Below, in pieces: positions 1 to 8,856 of a stretch of DNA of 47,307 nucleotides (position 1 is the first letter of the stretch; each line of letters begins with the position of its first letter). The notes under the pieces were generated by a model that saw only the letters and a list, made by a program, of their open reading frames with translations, was not told the origin of the DNA and did no database searches. The position numbers were made by a program, and so were the translations under genes. The DNA is from Elusimicrobiota bacterium (lineage in GTDB: Bacteria; CG03; SLGR01; JBDRKX01): assembly GCA_043813605.1 (NCBI GenBank), contig JBDRKX010000128.1:1-47307 (forward strand). The letters are read 5' to 3'.

Positions 1-33
1 GATTTCATGGCAATGTTTTATTAAAGTTTCTAT

Positions 34-102
34 AAGCATCGGCTCTCCTCGTTTGTTTTGTTTTCGTAACAAAAACAATTTAACAAACTTGAGTCGATGC
101 TT
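34..102. promoter_or_regulatory. Long imperfect stem-loop upstream of the pel operon
   Basis: AAGCATCGGCTC (34-45) pairs with GAGTCGATGCTT (91-102) with one G-U pair; inner GTTTGTT/AACAAAC and TTGTTTT/AAAACAA arms. Confidence 0.5.
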
Positions 103-168
103 CAACTACTTTTACCCATTAATTTGGGAATAGAGACAAAAATTAAAGGTTTAATAAAATAGGGTCAA

Positions 169-1032
169 ATGGTCAGTAAGAGAGTAAAAAGCAAAGTACG
201 AAGATATGCTTATGCCGCAATGTTTATTCTGTTATCGGGATGCGTTATGAAACAGGGTCTGCGCAGAATAGATGACTGGGCAATACTCCTGAACTATAGT
301 GGTTATGATCCTGCAGCGGGTTATACTGAGAAATATAAGGATTATGATATCCTTATACTCGATCCCGATTGTAACCCGGGTATGTTACATAACAGGCATA
401 CGCTGTTTTTCGCGTATCTGAGCATCGGCGAGGCCGAATCTTACAGGGAATACTGGGATATTATAAAAAACGAGGGTTTCATACTTGAGGAGAACCCTGA
501 GTGGAAAGGGAATTATTATGTGGATATAACAGCTCCCGCCTGGAGCGATCTCATTATCAGCAGGGTCATTCCCGGTATTATAAGTAAAGGTTTCGACGGA
601 CTATTTCTTGATACCATAGATACCGTTGATATCCTGAAAGAAAAATTTCCTGTTGGTGAACCGGAAAAACATATGGCGGAATTCATAAAAAAAATAAAAG
701 AGACATTTCCCGGATTAAAACTTATCAGCAATAACGGATTTTCCGTACTGGAAGAGATAGCGGGATATGTGGATATTTTTCTTTGCGAAGATATATATAT
801 GATGCCCGATTTTGAAAAGGGCGGCTACAAGGACGTCCCGGCGGAAGATAGGGAGTATAAAGTGGATATTCTCAAGAATGTATCTGCGCGCACGGGCAAA
901 CCCGTGCTTGTGATAGATTATCTTCCCGAAGATGATATTAAAAGGAAAAAAGAGACATCAAGGAAAATCAGAAAACTCGGCTTCAAGCCGTATATTGCCC
1001 AGAAAGAGCTGGATAGGATCTACAGGCAGTGA
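169..1032 (+). CDS. pelA: PelA-like endo-alpha-1,4-polygalactosaminidase (GH114/GH166-type), stand-alone, probable lipoprotein
   Basis: Motifs AYLSIGEAE, ENPEWKG, GFDGLFLDTID, VLVIDY; lipobox LSGC; first gene of pel-like operon. Confidence 0.85.
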   Translation: MVSKRVKSKVRRYAYAAMFILLSGCVMKQGLRRIDDWAILLNYSGYDPAAGYTEKYKDYDILILDPDCNPGMLHNRHTLFFAYLSIGEAESYREYWDIIKNEGFILEENPEWKGNYYVDITAPAWSDLIISRVIPGIISKGFDGLFLDTIDTVDILKEKFPVGEPEKHMAEFIKKIKETFPGLKLISNNGFSVLEEIAGYVDIFLCEDIYMMPDFEKGGYKDVPAEDREYKVDILKNVSARTGKPVLVIDYLPEDDIKRKKETSRKIRKLGFKPYIAQKELDRIYRQ

Positions 1033-3227
1033 ATTATAACAGAATAAAAAAACTCCTGGTTTTGTCCCTGCTGCTCGCAGTGTCTTCCGCGGGGTATACA
1101 TTTGCCGCAGTTCAAAAAAGGGTGATTCTCGGGCTTTATGATTCGTCCTGCGACTCGAATCTCAAGGACGATAATAATCCGATCCACGAGTATGCCGCGA
1201 TAATACTTAACTATCTGGGGTTAAAAGTCAGGTACCATGATCTGAAAAGCGGTCTTCCTGAAGATCCCGAGATGGCGGATGTCCTCGGAATATTGAACTG
1301 GTTTTCCTGCAACAGGATACCTGATCCCCATATATATATTGACTGGCTTAAGAGATGCGTGAACAGCGGAGTAAAGATTGTTTCTTTCGGGCACGGCCCG
1401 TATATCGACAATAAAACCGGAAAAACAGTCCCGCTTGAAAAATATAATGAATACTTTAGTATTCTCGGGCTCAATTACCACGGAGAGTGGACTGATAACC
1501 CTTTATTGATAGAATTAGTGTATAAAGACTCTGCTATGATGGAATTCGAAAGGACCCTGGATAACGAGATCTCGGAATATGAGAAAATAAGCATAAAGGG
1601 CGGAACAGGCGGACGGCCGCTTTTGACCATTAAAAGGAACGACCGCAATGACAGCAGCAGCCATATCGCTGTGCTTAACGAGAGGGGCGGGTATATAATG
1701 GAAGGTTATGAGCTGTTTATAAATAATACTGACATTAGGGCGCAGTGGCGGGTTGACCCTTTCAGGTTTTTTTCCGAGGCTTTCGGGCTTGAAGGGCTTC
1801 CGAAACTGGATTATACCACGCTGTTCGGAAGCAGGATCGCCTATTCCCACATTGACGGAGACGGTTTCAGGAACGTATCCTACATAGACGGGAATTCCCT
1901 GAGCGCCGGGATAGTTTACGAAGAGGTTTTGCGGGTATTCAGGTTTCCCGTAACGGCATCATTCATAACAAGTGAAATAGACCCGGCCTATTACGGCAGC
2001 GAAGCGACTCTCGCGCTTGCAAGGGATATACTCTTTCTTGACAATGTCGAGGCCGGATCACACGCCTTTACCCACCCGCTCGACTGGGAAAGGAAGATAA
2101 CCGCGGCCGAAGTGAAGGGCTATTCGAAGAGAATTGAAGATGATCCTGAAAAGATGGATATAGTATCCGAGTCGCACTATGGCGGGTTTAGCCATCTCTC
2201 GCTTGTAGTCGCCGACGATAAAACATATTTCATGAGAGAGATAAAAGAATCTTCGGATTATATAACTTCGAAGGTCTGCCCTGAAGGCGGGAGGACGATG
2301 GTTTACCAGTGGAGCGGCAACTGCCGCCCGCCGGAGAGCGCTGTAGGGTATGCGGCAGAACATATAGGACGGAACATAAACGGCGGCGACGGGATGTTTG
2401 ACGAATATAATAAAAGCTATACCGGGCTTGCGCCGCTTGCAAGAAATATAGGGCGCCAGACACAGTTCTACACTTCAAACGCCAACGAGAATATCTACAC
2501 TCATTTCTGGTTGAAGAATTTCGGCGGGTTCAGGAACGTTATCCAGACGTTTCATAACACCGAATACCCGCCTTTTGAGAATATGCCGCCAAGGAGGATA
2601 ACCCCTGTGGATATTTATTTTCATTACTACATAGGGGATAGGGAGATTTCACTGCGGGCGCTCAAGGAGGTCTTTTCGTATGTTATGGAAAAGCCCGGCT
2701 TAATACCCCTGTTCACTTCGGAATACCTTGATACGGCCGAGGGATTCATGAACGGCAGTATTGAAAAAATCTCTCCAAATGCCTGGAAAATAAAAGGTTA
2801 CGGCGCCTGCCGCACGGTCAGATTCGACACTCCCGGGATATATCCCGATTTGAAAAGGTCTGAAGGAGTCCTCGGCTATACTGTCTGGGAAGGGCATACT
2901 TACATACATCTTGATGAAAAAGAAACAGCGGTCCTTTATACGGAAAAAGACGCTCCTTCGAAACCGTTTCTTGAACAGGCGGCTTCCGTAATGAGTTCGG
3001 CAAGCATAAACAAAAACCGTATTTTTTTCAGGACGAGAGTCTTTAACAGGTCGTATTTCAGGTTCAGGAATATGGAAATGGATCAGAGTTACGGTCTGCG
3101 GCTCTATAACAGCAAAACCAAAAAAACGGTATCCATGACAGTGGAGTGCGATAAAGGGGGGATTCTTGAGTTTTCCATAGATGAACCGGGAGTATATGAA
3201 GTCAGCGCGGTTTTGGAAGAAAGGTAA
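1029..3227 (+). CDS. pelA: PelA-like polysaccharide deacetylase (C-terminal part of canonical PelA) with its own signal peptide
   Basis: HIDGDGF, GSHAFTHPLDW, WSGNCRP, NINGGD, NENIYT, YFHYY motifs typical of the PelA deacetylase region; GTGA overlap with upstream gene. Confidence 0.85.
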   Translation: MNYNRIKKLLVLSLLLAVSSAGYTFAAVQKRVILGLYDSSCDSNLKDDNNPIHEYAAIILNYLGLKVRYHDLKSGLPEDPEMADVLGILNWFSCNRIPDPHIYIDWLKRCVNSGVKIVSFGHGPYIDNKTGKTVPLEKYNEYFSILGLNYHGEWTDNPLLIELVYKDSAMMEFERTLDNEISEYEKISIKGGTGGRPLLTIKRNDRNDSSSHIAVLNERGGYIMEGYELFINNTDIRAQWRVDPFRFFSEAFGLEGLPKLDYTTLFGSRIAYSHIDGDGFRNVSYIDGNSLSAGIVYEEVLRVFRFPVTASFITSEIDPAYYGSEATLALARDILFLDNVEAGSHAFTHPLDWERKITAAEVKGYSKRIEDDPEKMDIVSESHYGGFSHLSLVVADDKTYFMREIKESSDYITSKVCPEGGRTMVYQWSGNCRPPESAVGYAAEHIGRNINGGDGMFDEYNKSYTGLAPLARNIGRQTQFYTSNANENIYTHFWLKNFGGFRNVIQTFHNTEYPPFENMPPRRITPVDIYFHYYIGDREISLRALKEVFSYVMEKPGLIPLFTSEYLDTAEGFMNGSIEKISPNAWKIKGYGACRTVRFDTPGIYPDLKRSEGVLGYTVWEGHTYIHLDEKETAVLYTEKDAPSKPFLEQAASVMSSASINKNRIFFRTRVFNRSYFRFRNMEMDQSYGLRLYNSKTKKTVSMTVECDKGGILEFSIDEPGVYEVSAVLEER

Positions 3228-3245
3228 AACATTTTGAGTATTTAA

Positions 3246-4544
3246 ATGAATATATCATACTGGAAATCATTTCTTTTTTTCGGAGGAGCGCTTCTTTTTG
3301 CCTATTTGCTTCTCCCGACAGCCCGAGACGCCGGCCGGCTCCTCTCAACCGGCGTGTTGCGTGATAAAGCTTTGATTTTCCTCGAGAAACAGTATCACAG
3401 GGACCCGGCGGATAGAAATAACTCCTTCAGGTACCTGAACGCGCTTCTTGATAAAGAGGAATATAACAAGTTTGAGAGAACAGGGCGCCGGCTTCTTGAG
3501 TATTTCCCGGAATCGCTGGAACTGCGCCGGACCCTGGCGGATTATTATGAGGGCGTATACAGTTTCCCGGATGCCGTCCGGCAGTGGGCAATTATTATGT
3601 CATTTACCGCGGATAAGGATGAAAAGAAAGAGACAGCCGGAAAATACGTCTCATACCTGAAATTGAATAAAAAATTCGACCTGCTGCTGAAATACTATGA
3701 AGACCTTGGAAAAAATGGAAAACTGTCACGTGAAGCGGAGCATTTATACGCCGATCTTCTCCTTAAGCTCAATAAGCCGCAGGAGGCGCTGCAGAGATAT
3801 GAGAAGATACTGCAAAAGTATCCTGAAGACGCGAAAGCAGACAGGAGAAAGATAGAACTGCTATCTTTAACAGGAGAGCGCAAGAAACTGCTCGAGGATA
3901 TATTCTCCGAGATTGAACATGCCGCCGCCGGGGAAGATGCCCTGCTGGCGTTCAGGGAACAGGTGTCAATGATACCGGAAAGGAAGATCAGGATAAAGGC
4001 TTACGAGCGGTTCCTGGAGACCGGCGATAATGAAGATGTCCGGCTCGATATGTGCGAAACCTTAAGGGATACGGGAGATTATAAGAAGGGGCTGGAGGCA
4101 CTCGCTTCCGTAAAAGAGAACCGGGCAAACCGCCAGAGAATATGGTACCTGAAAGGCGAGTTTTATTATCTCGCAGGAAGCAGTAAAAGAGCTCTCTACT
4201 ACATTGAAAAGTATCTTGGATTGTATCCGGAAAATATGTATTTCAGGGGACTGCTTGTCGAACTTTATATAAAGGAAAATAACAGCGAAAAGGCTCTTCA
4301 GAACGCGGAAATACTGATCGGCTCAGAAAGATACGAGCCGGAAATGCTTCTGACAGCGGCAAACCTGTATATCGACTTGGGAAAAAAGGAGGAGGCTATT
4401 GAGAAACTCATCGCTTACCACGCTGAAATTGAAGGCGATTTTTCTTCTCATGATCTGCTGGGCGACCTGTATGCAGGTCTCGGGCGAACCGCCCAAAGCA
4501 GAGAAGAGTACGAAAAAGCCCTATATTATATCCGAAAGAGATAG
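3246..4544 (+). CDS. TPR-repeat protein, PelB-like N-terminal part
   Basis: N-terminal hydrophobic anchor, multiple TPR-like helical repeats (e.g. LYADLLLKLNKPQEALQRYEKILQKYPED); pelB position in the operon. Confidence 0.75.
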   Translation: MNISYWKSFLFFGGALLFAYLLLPTARDAGRLLSTGVLRDKALIFLEKQYHRDPADRNNSFRYLNALLDKEEYNKFERTGRRLLEYFPESLELRRTLADYYEGVYSFPDAVRQWAIIMSFTADKDEKKETAGKYVSYLKLNKKFDLLLKYYEDLGKNGKLSREAEHLYADLLLKLNKPQEALQRYEKILQKYPEDAKADRRKIELLSLTGERKKLLEDIFSEIEHAAAGEDALLAFREQVSMIPERKIRIKAYERFLETGDNEDVRLDMCETLRDTGDYKKGLEALASVKENRANRQRIWYLKGEFYYLAGSSKRALYYIEKYLGLYPENMYFRGLLVELYIKENNSEKALQNAEILIGSERYEPEMLLTAANLYIDLGKKEEAIEKLIAYHAEIEGDFSSHDLLGDLYAGLGRTAQSREEYEKALYYIRKR

Positions 4545-6084
4545 CCGGAAAATAGCGGAAGAGGAATGCTGGCTTCTTTTCAAGCTGGAGAGATACGGTG
4601 AGCTCTCGGATCGCTTGCGGGTACTGATGAAAGATTATCCCGGATCTCCCGAATTCATAAAACTTTTTATTGAAGCGAACCTGAGACTGGGTAAAACAGA
4701 CGGCTTGACCGAGAATATTATTATGCTTGAAAAAGCCGGCGTTTCAGCAGAAGACCTCATATCTGCTAAAACGCGAACTGCCTGGGCTCTATGGGATACT
4801 GCCGCTTATGAACAGCTGTGCGGGTGGCTCAATTCCTCGGGACTTTTAAATGAGTCCGATCCGGAAATGCTGTCGCTCTACGTACAAACCTGTATCAGAA
4901 CCCGTAACTATGACGAAGCGCTTGGTGCGGCAAAGAAGCTGGACTGGGAAAATGAGCTGATCTATTCTATTGAAATATACGAAAAGACAGGCGAGACCAA
5001 AGGTCTTACGAAAGCTTATAAAAGATTTATGGAGGATAAGAGGCTTCGAAAAAAGTATCCGGCCCAGTATTTCAGCGCTCTTTCGTTTTACAGTATGCAC
5101 AGGCCCCTCTGGAATCTGATATCCAATGGCGCGCCGCCGGATATCAGATTAGATCCCCGGTTTATAAGGTATACTGCAGAACAGGGCGCCGGCAGTATGG
5201 GCGGAGGGTATTATCTGTTTAGCGGCCCGGGCGGCTGGAAAGTAAAAGGCCCTTTTGTTAACGCAAGAAACTGGCTAACCGGAAAAAGTTATATAGATAC
5301 GGGTATCAAGGTTAATGAATATTCGCTGAACAGTCCGGGCCCGGATGAAGAAAAGATATTCTTTCTTACATCTGAATACGCTTATCCTGCGGGTAAACTG
5401 TCAGCAAAAAGCGGTATCGGGCTTGATCTGCAGCAGAGCAGTAAGCCCGGCGTTGAGTTGAACGCGTCTTTAAAGTATGACGACCGCGGGTATCGTGTTG
5501 CCGCGGACGCTGCGATAAACAGGCGGTTTACTGAGACTTCCGGGGCTGTAGAGCTTTTATCCAGATATGACTTTCTGAGTATTGACGGAAGGTATAACGT
5601 GAGTAAAAGACTCTATTACGGTTATAGTTTCGATCTGGGGAACTACAGGGTCAATAAGGACAGAAACTTTATTAACTCCGAATCCTGCCTCGGATTGAAA
5701 ATGCATAATTCGCTCTATACTGCATATACTTTAAGGGAAAAACCTTTTGTAGCTTTTGACGCCAGGTTTAAACACGGAATATGGTATAAAGGGTTTAGCG
5801 GCGCCGAACAGATCATCGATCTTCTTGATAAGGAACGCCTTTTAACCGGCGGATTAGGCATATCCTGCGGGATTAACAGCTTTACCGCGGCATCTGTATA
5901 TTACTCTAAGGGGTATGATTTTTTCAGGAATACATCGCCGGGGTATCTTAACATAATGCTCGAACTATGGAAAAAGTCCGCCATATCGGTTTCATGCGCG
6001 GGCGAATACTTTTTTGACGACAGCGGACTGGCCGGTTCAGGCGATTCACGGAGTATCAGGCTGGATGTGAAATATTATTACTGA
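4399..6084 (+). CDS. TPR + outer-membrane beta-barrel, PelB-like C-terminal part (true start uncertain; probably frameshifted continuation of the upstream ORF)
   Basis: TPR-like N-half, amphipathic beta-strand C-half ending IRLDVKYYY (aromatic beta-signal); no signal peptide. Confidence 0.65.
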   Translation: MRNSSLTTLKLKAIFLLMICWATCMQVSGEPPKAEKSTKKPYIISERDSRKIAEEECWLLFKLERYGELSDRLRVLMKDYPGSPEFIKLFIEANLRLGKTDGLTENIIMLEKAGVSAEDLISAKTRTAWALWDTAAYEQLCGWLNSSGLLNESDPEMLSLYVQTCIRTRNYDEALGAAKKLDWENELIYSIEIYEKTGETKGLTKAYKRFMEDKRLRKKYPAQYFSALSFYSMHRPLWNLISNGAPPDIRLDPRFIRYTAEQGAGSMGGGYYLFSGPGGWKVKGPFVNARNWLTGKSYIDTGIKVNEYSLNSPGPDEEKIFFLTSEYAYPAGKLSAKSGIGLDLQQSSKPGVELNASLKYDDRGYRVAADAAINRRFTETSGAVELLSRYDFLSIDGRYNVSKRLYYGYSFDLGNYRVNKDRNFINSESCLGLKMHNSLYTAYTLREKPFVAFDARFKHGIWYKGFSGAEQIIDLLDKERLLTGGLGISCGINSFTAASVYYSKGYDFFRNTSPGYLNIMLELWKKSAISVSCAGEYFFDDSGLAGSGDSRSIRLDVKYYY

Positions 6085-6467
6085 TGGACAGCTTAAAACT
6101 GCTTATTTTATCGAATGATAATGACGATGCCGAACTCCTGTGCGCTGTGCTGGGAGAATACGGTTTTAACGCGGACCGGGCAGTAGATTCAGACGGTATA
6201 CAGAACAAATTTGCTGAAATATACTACGATGCCGTATTGATAGACAGCCTTATAACACCCCGGCATTGTTTAGAACTTGCCGGAGCAATAAGAAAAAACA
6301 GTTTAAACAGCGGTGTAACAGTAGCCGTTTTGTCGCGGCTGGTGCCGGATGAGGAAACATTCGTCCTGATGGAAAAGAAAAAAATATTTTTTATTTACCA
6401 AGGAGACCCTTTCGGCAGGATAGCAGCCAAACTCAGATATATAATAGGAAGCAAGAGGTCAATATGA
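6084..6467 (+). CDS. Atypical single-domain response-regulator receiver
   Basis: KLLILSNDNDD...YDAVLIDS...VAVLS fold pattern; conserved Lys of the KP motif absent; overlaps both neighbours. Confidence 0.7.
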   Translation: MDSLKLLILSNDNDDAELLCAVLGEYGFNADRAVDSDGIQNKFAEIYYDAVLIDSLITPRHCLELAGAIRKNSLNSGVTVAVLSRLVPDEETFVLMEKKKIFFIYQGDPFGRIAAKLRYIIGSKRSI

Positions 6468-7852
6468 AAAAAAACAGTTATGTATACGAGGCGCTGATTA
6501 TATATGCCGTAATCATAGCGTTAAACTATCTTTTTAGCCCGGCTGATCCGGGTTTCCTTGATGTAAACCCCAGTCCGTTCTGGATCCCGATAATGCTGAT
6601 ATCGGCCCGGTACGGTTTTATTCCGGGCCTTGTAACCGGTTTGACCGGCGCCTTCATCTATCTTTTTTATGCAATCGGCGGCATGCCCGGCCGCGAAGGG
6701 ATAAGCCGTCTTGCGGAGACCGGGCGGCTTCTTATGCCAGGCTATTTTATCGCCGCCGGCGCTGTTACCGGCAGTATACGCCAGAAGTATATCGAGTCGG
6801 AAAGGGAAAAGGAACTGGCTCTTGAAAAGCATATAAAAAGAGTTACAGAACTTGAGGATGAGAAAGAAGAGCTCGAAAAATCAAACAGGATTCTCGAATC
6901 AAGGATAGTGGGCGAGGCGGCAACCTTCAGGACTCTTTATGATTCAGCCATGGAACTTGAAGGAAATAATCTCGAGCAGGTGCTGAAAGGATTGCTGGAT
7001 ATCCTGGGGAAGAGTTTCGGGGTAAAGAAGGCGGCGGTGTATTTCATCGACGGCGAAATATTCGCGCTGCGCTCCAGTTCGGGTGTCGGCGAAGAAGATG
7101 CCGTGAAATCAAACATCCCTGTAAATGACAGTATAATGAAACTTGCCCTTGAAGCGGGAAAATTATTGACCGTAAAAGATATTCTTGAGATGACAAAGGA
7201 CGGACGGTATGCTTCCCAGTACGGCGACACGCTTCTTTTAGCTCCAGTAAGAGACAGCAGCGGAATAATAGCTGTACTCAATATCACCGAAATGGATTTT
7301 TATATGCTGACGAAAGCAAATACATGCATGATAGACCTCTTACTGCGCTGGATAAAGCATTCTATTGACAAAATAGAAAAATACACCGAAACCAGTTCGC
7401 GATTAATAAAGGATGAACTGACCGGTGTCTATTCATACAATTATCTGCTTGAGAAGATGCCGTATGAATACGCAATGGCCGTGTCGCATAAAAGGCGTCT
7501 TGCGCTGTGCGTGGTAAGTATCGGGAATTCCGGGATACTTGAAGATTCGGCGCGCGAAATAGCATCGATGACCCTGTTATCGGTTATAAGGAACTGCATG
7601 ACTGAAGATGAGATGCTGTTCAATCATAAATACGCCGGGGCATACATACTGCTTGCTCCCTTTTCAGGTATAGGTAATATACGGGACCGATTAGAGGGTG
7701 CAGGGGCCGAGTTCATGAAAATACTTGGTAACGAAAAAATACCCGCCGCGGCCGACCCCGTATTCGTTTTTGCCGAAGTTGACGATTATGGGAAAAGTTA
7801 CATAGATTTTATATCCGGAGTTGAGAAAGATACAGGCCTTGTTTTCAAATGA
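6464..7852 (+). CDS. pelD: PelD-like protein (4 TM, coiled coil, GAF, degenerate GGDEF)
   Basis: PSPFWIPIMLISARYG N-terminal TM motif, GAF-like middle, DELTGVYSYNYL start of degenerate GGDEF domain. Confidence 0.8.
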   Translation: MKKNSYVYEALIIYAVIIALNYLFSPADPGFLDVNPSPFWIPIMLISARYGFIPGLVTGLTGAFIYLFYAIGGMPGREGISRLAETGRLLMPGYFIAAGAVTGSIRQKYIESEREKELALEKHIKRVTELEDEKEELEKSNRILESRIVGEAATFRTLYDSAMELEGNNLEQVLKGLLDILGKSFGVKKAAVYFIDGEIFALRSSSGVGEEDAVKSNIPVNDSIMKLALEAGKLLTVKDILEMTKDGRYASQYGDTLLLAPVRDSSGIIAVLNITEMDFYMLTKANTCMIDLLLRWIKHSIDKIEKYTETSSRLIKDELTGVYSYNYLLEKMPYEYAMAVSHKRRLALCVVSIGNSGILEDSAREIASMTLLSVIRNCMTEDEMLFNHKYAGAYILLAPFSGIGNIRDRLEGAGAEFMKILGNEKIPAAADPVFVFAEVDDYGKSYIDFISGVEKDTGLVFK

Positions 7853-8856
7853 AAAAAAATAAAGAAAAAAGACCGGTTATATGGTATTATTTTTCGATCT
7901 TGTCCGGGCTCCTGCTGGCGCCTGTTTCCATCATTATGCAGAAACCCGCACTTTTCTTCCTTTTTCACCTGGCGGCAGTTTTGTCGTTGTATAAGAGTTT
8001 CATGGAAACCCGGAAAGAAAGAAAACACCCTTTTTTTGACTTACAGGGAATAATAATTTTCGCAGGTCTGCCCGTCGCCGGTTTTCTAGGGTACCTGGCC
8101 GCGAAGGCTGTTTTCATTAGAAAAAAAGAGGGTTACAGGGCGACAGCTTTAAAGGAGTACGATGAATACCTGTCAGAAAAAAACAGGGCTGTTTTAAGCG
8201 TCAGAAAAGAAAAAGACATTGTCTCCCGCATCAGAAGAGAGACAGATTTTGATTCGTTTGTTGACATACTGGGCGGTTCCGACCGGGATATGAAAGCCCG
8301 TGTTATCTCAAAGCTGTCCGGTACCCTCCAGCCTTTTAATGTGGAACTCTTAAGAAAAGCGCAAAACGACGAATCGCATGAAATCAGACTTTACGCGTCA
8401 TCAGCGCTGCTTAAACTTGAGGAATCGGCTGAAAAACGGATAGAAACGGCTTTTTTAAATGCCGCGATGACAGGCAGCATTGACTCATATAACGAGCTCG
8501 GGCTTGCTTATATGGATTATATAGATTCGGGTCTGCTCTCCGAAGGCCTGAAGAAAGACTGTTATGATACAGCGGCAGCGGCATTCAGAAATTCGCTTGA
8601 TCTGGACAGCGGCCAGAAAAGAGTGCTTTTAAAGTATATCCAGTGCCTTTTAAAAACAGAGGAAACAGGTAAGGCGGAAAAAACTCTGGTGTCGGCCCTG
8701 AAAGTATGGCCCGGTGATCCCGGGTTTTCATTTTTCCTGGCGGAGTTGTTTTTTATACATAAAAAATACGGATATATCAGGGACACGCTTCTAGGTTTGG
8801 AAGAAAAAGAGATGAGCGATATACAGAAGGAAGTCTGTAATACATGGATCCAATAA
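7849..8856 (+). CDS. pelE: PelE-like membrane protein with HEAT/TPR repeats
   Basis: N-terminal TMs, LRKAQNDESHEIRLYASSAL motif, C-terminal TPR; position after pelD. Confidence 0.75.
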   Translation: MKKNKEKRPVIWYYFSILSGLLLAPVSIIMQKPALFFLFHLAAVLSLYKSFMETRKERKHPFFDLQGIIIFAGLPVAGFLGYLAAKAVFIRKKEGYRATALKEYDEYLSEKNRAVLSVRKEKDIVSRIRRETDFDSFVDILGGSDRDMKARVISKLSGTLQPFNVELLRKAQNDESHEIRLYASSALLKLEESAEKRIETAFLNAAMTGSIDSYNELGLAYMDYIDSGLLSEGLKKDCYDTAAAAFRNSLDLDSGQKRVLLKYIQCLLKTEETGKAEKTLVSALKVWPGDPGFSFFLAELFFIHKKYGYIRDTLLGLEEKEMSDIQKEVCNTWIQ

